A stretch of 64,000 nucleotides of DNA, from positions 2,046,001-2,110,000 of the forward strand of contig NW_026782099.1 of NCBI RefSeq assembly GCF_031769215.1, given 5' to 3'. Shown here one piece after another: positions 63,010 to 64,000 of this stretch. Position 1 is the stretch's first letter, and each line of letters starts with the position of its first letter. The notes below the pieces were generated by a model, which was not told the DNA's origin, searched no databases, and was given only the letters and a program-made list of their open reading frames with translations. A program made the position numbers and the translations under genes. The DNA is from Ylistrum balloti. Its lineage: Eukaryota.

Positions 63010-64000
63010 ATGACCAGTAAAAGAGAAAACACCCCTCTTCTGTCAACACTCGACTTGGATTCAACCAAATTTTATACAACGAATGTGACATTAAAAACCG
63101 TGACATCAATTACAGGGAGATATTACCTAATGGTCCCTTGTATCCTGGTCCACTTTTTCTCTTACGTGTTTTATAATTTGGTTACTACACAGTATTTGTA
63201 CGATTTCTTTGCGAGAAAACTGATAGCAAATGTAACAGCAACGGAAATTAATCTTGATGGATCCCCATGTACTATCGTAGTAGATTCCTTGTTGTACCAC
63301 CAGCGAACGTTGATACAAAAAGACACGACGAAAGCGTCCCTCACTTTTGTTATAGTGGGTTGTGTCCCAGCTCTCTTCATGGACGTCATTATAGGTGTAT
63401 TGAGTGACCGGTATGGCAGAAAATTATTCGTAATTATCTCCCTTGTGGGAACGTTAGTTAAGATAATAATGACCATGGTTGGAATGCATTACAAAGTGGA
63501 TGTCCACTACTTTTTAGTATTTATTGCTGTCGAGGGATTCGCTGGTGGATGGTGTGCTGTCATTTCGCTTGGATTCGCCTACGTTTCGGATGTGACGTCA
63601 GTAGGCAAAACTAGAACGTCATCTATTGCCCTAATTGAAATATCAATTGGACTAGGTTTAGTAATGGCTGGTGTCCCTTCCGGTTATTTGATCGACGGAG
63701 TAGGTTTCGTCTATGCTATGATGGTATTAATGTTGCTAAATGTAATCAATATATTAATAATGTTGTTTTGTCTGCCGGACACGGTAAATGAAACGAATTG
63801 TGTAAAAGGCAGTTCCCTCAGGCTCTTCAAGAGTTCTTTTACTTTCTACACCCGTGACACATCCGCAACAGCGAAACGCTGGAAGTACATTACGTGTATT
63901 GCTATCTTCATTTTCTTTAACTTCAGCGCACTCAGTCGTCAAACAATAGAACAGTTATACCAACTCAATGCTCCATTCTGTTGGAATGCTGTTAAAATCG
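63010..64000 (+). CDS. SLC46: SLC46 (proton-coupled folate transporter family, MFS) transporter, large first coding exon; runs off the window, so absent from the ORF track
   Basis: ATG at 63010 after an in-frame TGA (62983) and acceptor TTTTACAG (62978). Open to the end of the window. Motifs GVLSDRYGRK (MFS motif A), FAYVSDVT, RTSSIALIE and LYQLNAPFCW, with several TM segments. Confidence 0.9.
   Translation, partial: MTSKRENTPLLSTLDLDSTKFYTTNVTLKTVTSITGRYYLMVPCILVHFFSYVFYNLVTTQYLYDFFARKLIANVTATEINLDGSPCTIVVDSLLYHQRTLIQKDTTKASLTFVIVGCVPALFMDVIIGVLSDRYGRKLFVIISLVGTLVKIIMTMVGMHYKVDVHYFLVFIAVEGFAGGWCAVISLGFAYVSDVTSVGKTRTSSIALIEISIGLGLVMAGVPSGYLIDGVGFVYAMMVLMLLNVINILIMLFCLPDTVNETNCVKGSSLRLFKSSFTFYTRDTSATAKRWKYITCIAIFIFFNFSALSRQTIEQLYQLNAPFCWNAVKI

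Overview
This is AT-rich animal genomic DNA, most likely a bivalve mollusc (inferred from the repeat and TE types). No prokaryotic, CRISPR, rRNA or true tRNA features were found. There are three credible host genes. (1) The first coding exon of an M28B glutamate carboxypeptidase II/NAALADase-like type II membrane protein (minus strand, runs off the left edge). (2) A 4-exon gene (33236-41192, +, 839 aa) whose GT-AG sites and intron phases all agree. It encodes an unassigned type I membrane protein with a 12-Cys ectodomain and a long acidic tail containing 73-aa tandem repeats. (3) An SLC46/PCFT-family MFS transporter exon (63010 to beyond 64000, +). Mobile DNA includes an intact, very young Mag-type Ty3/Gypsy element (1917-6547; identical 172-bp LTRs, ACCGC TSD) and a near-full-length but frameshifted RTE LINE (28279-31316, -). 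It also includes relics of CR1, Penelope-like, mariner, hAT and DUF7869-type elements, a probable Kolobok relic carrying a spliced P2X7-ballast-like (KolX-type) pseudogene, and a 32-bp micro-MITE. About 24 kb (roughly 38%) of the window is at least 15 unrelated minisatellite or satellite arrays (21-68 bp units), and these generate most of the ORFs in the supplied track. Family assignments come from motif recognition, not database searches.
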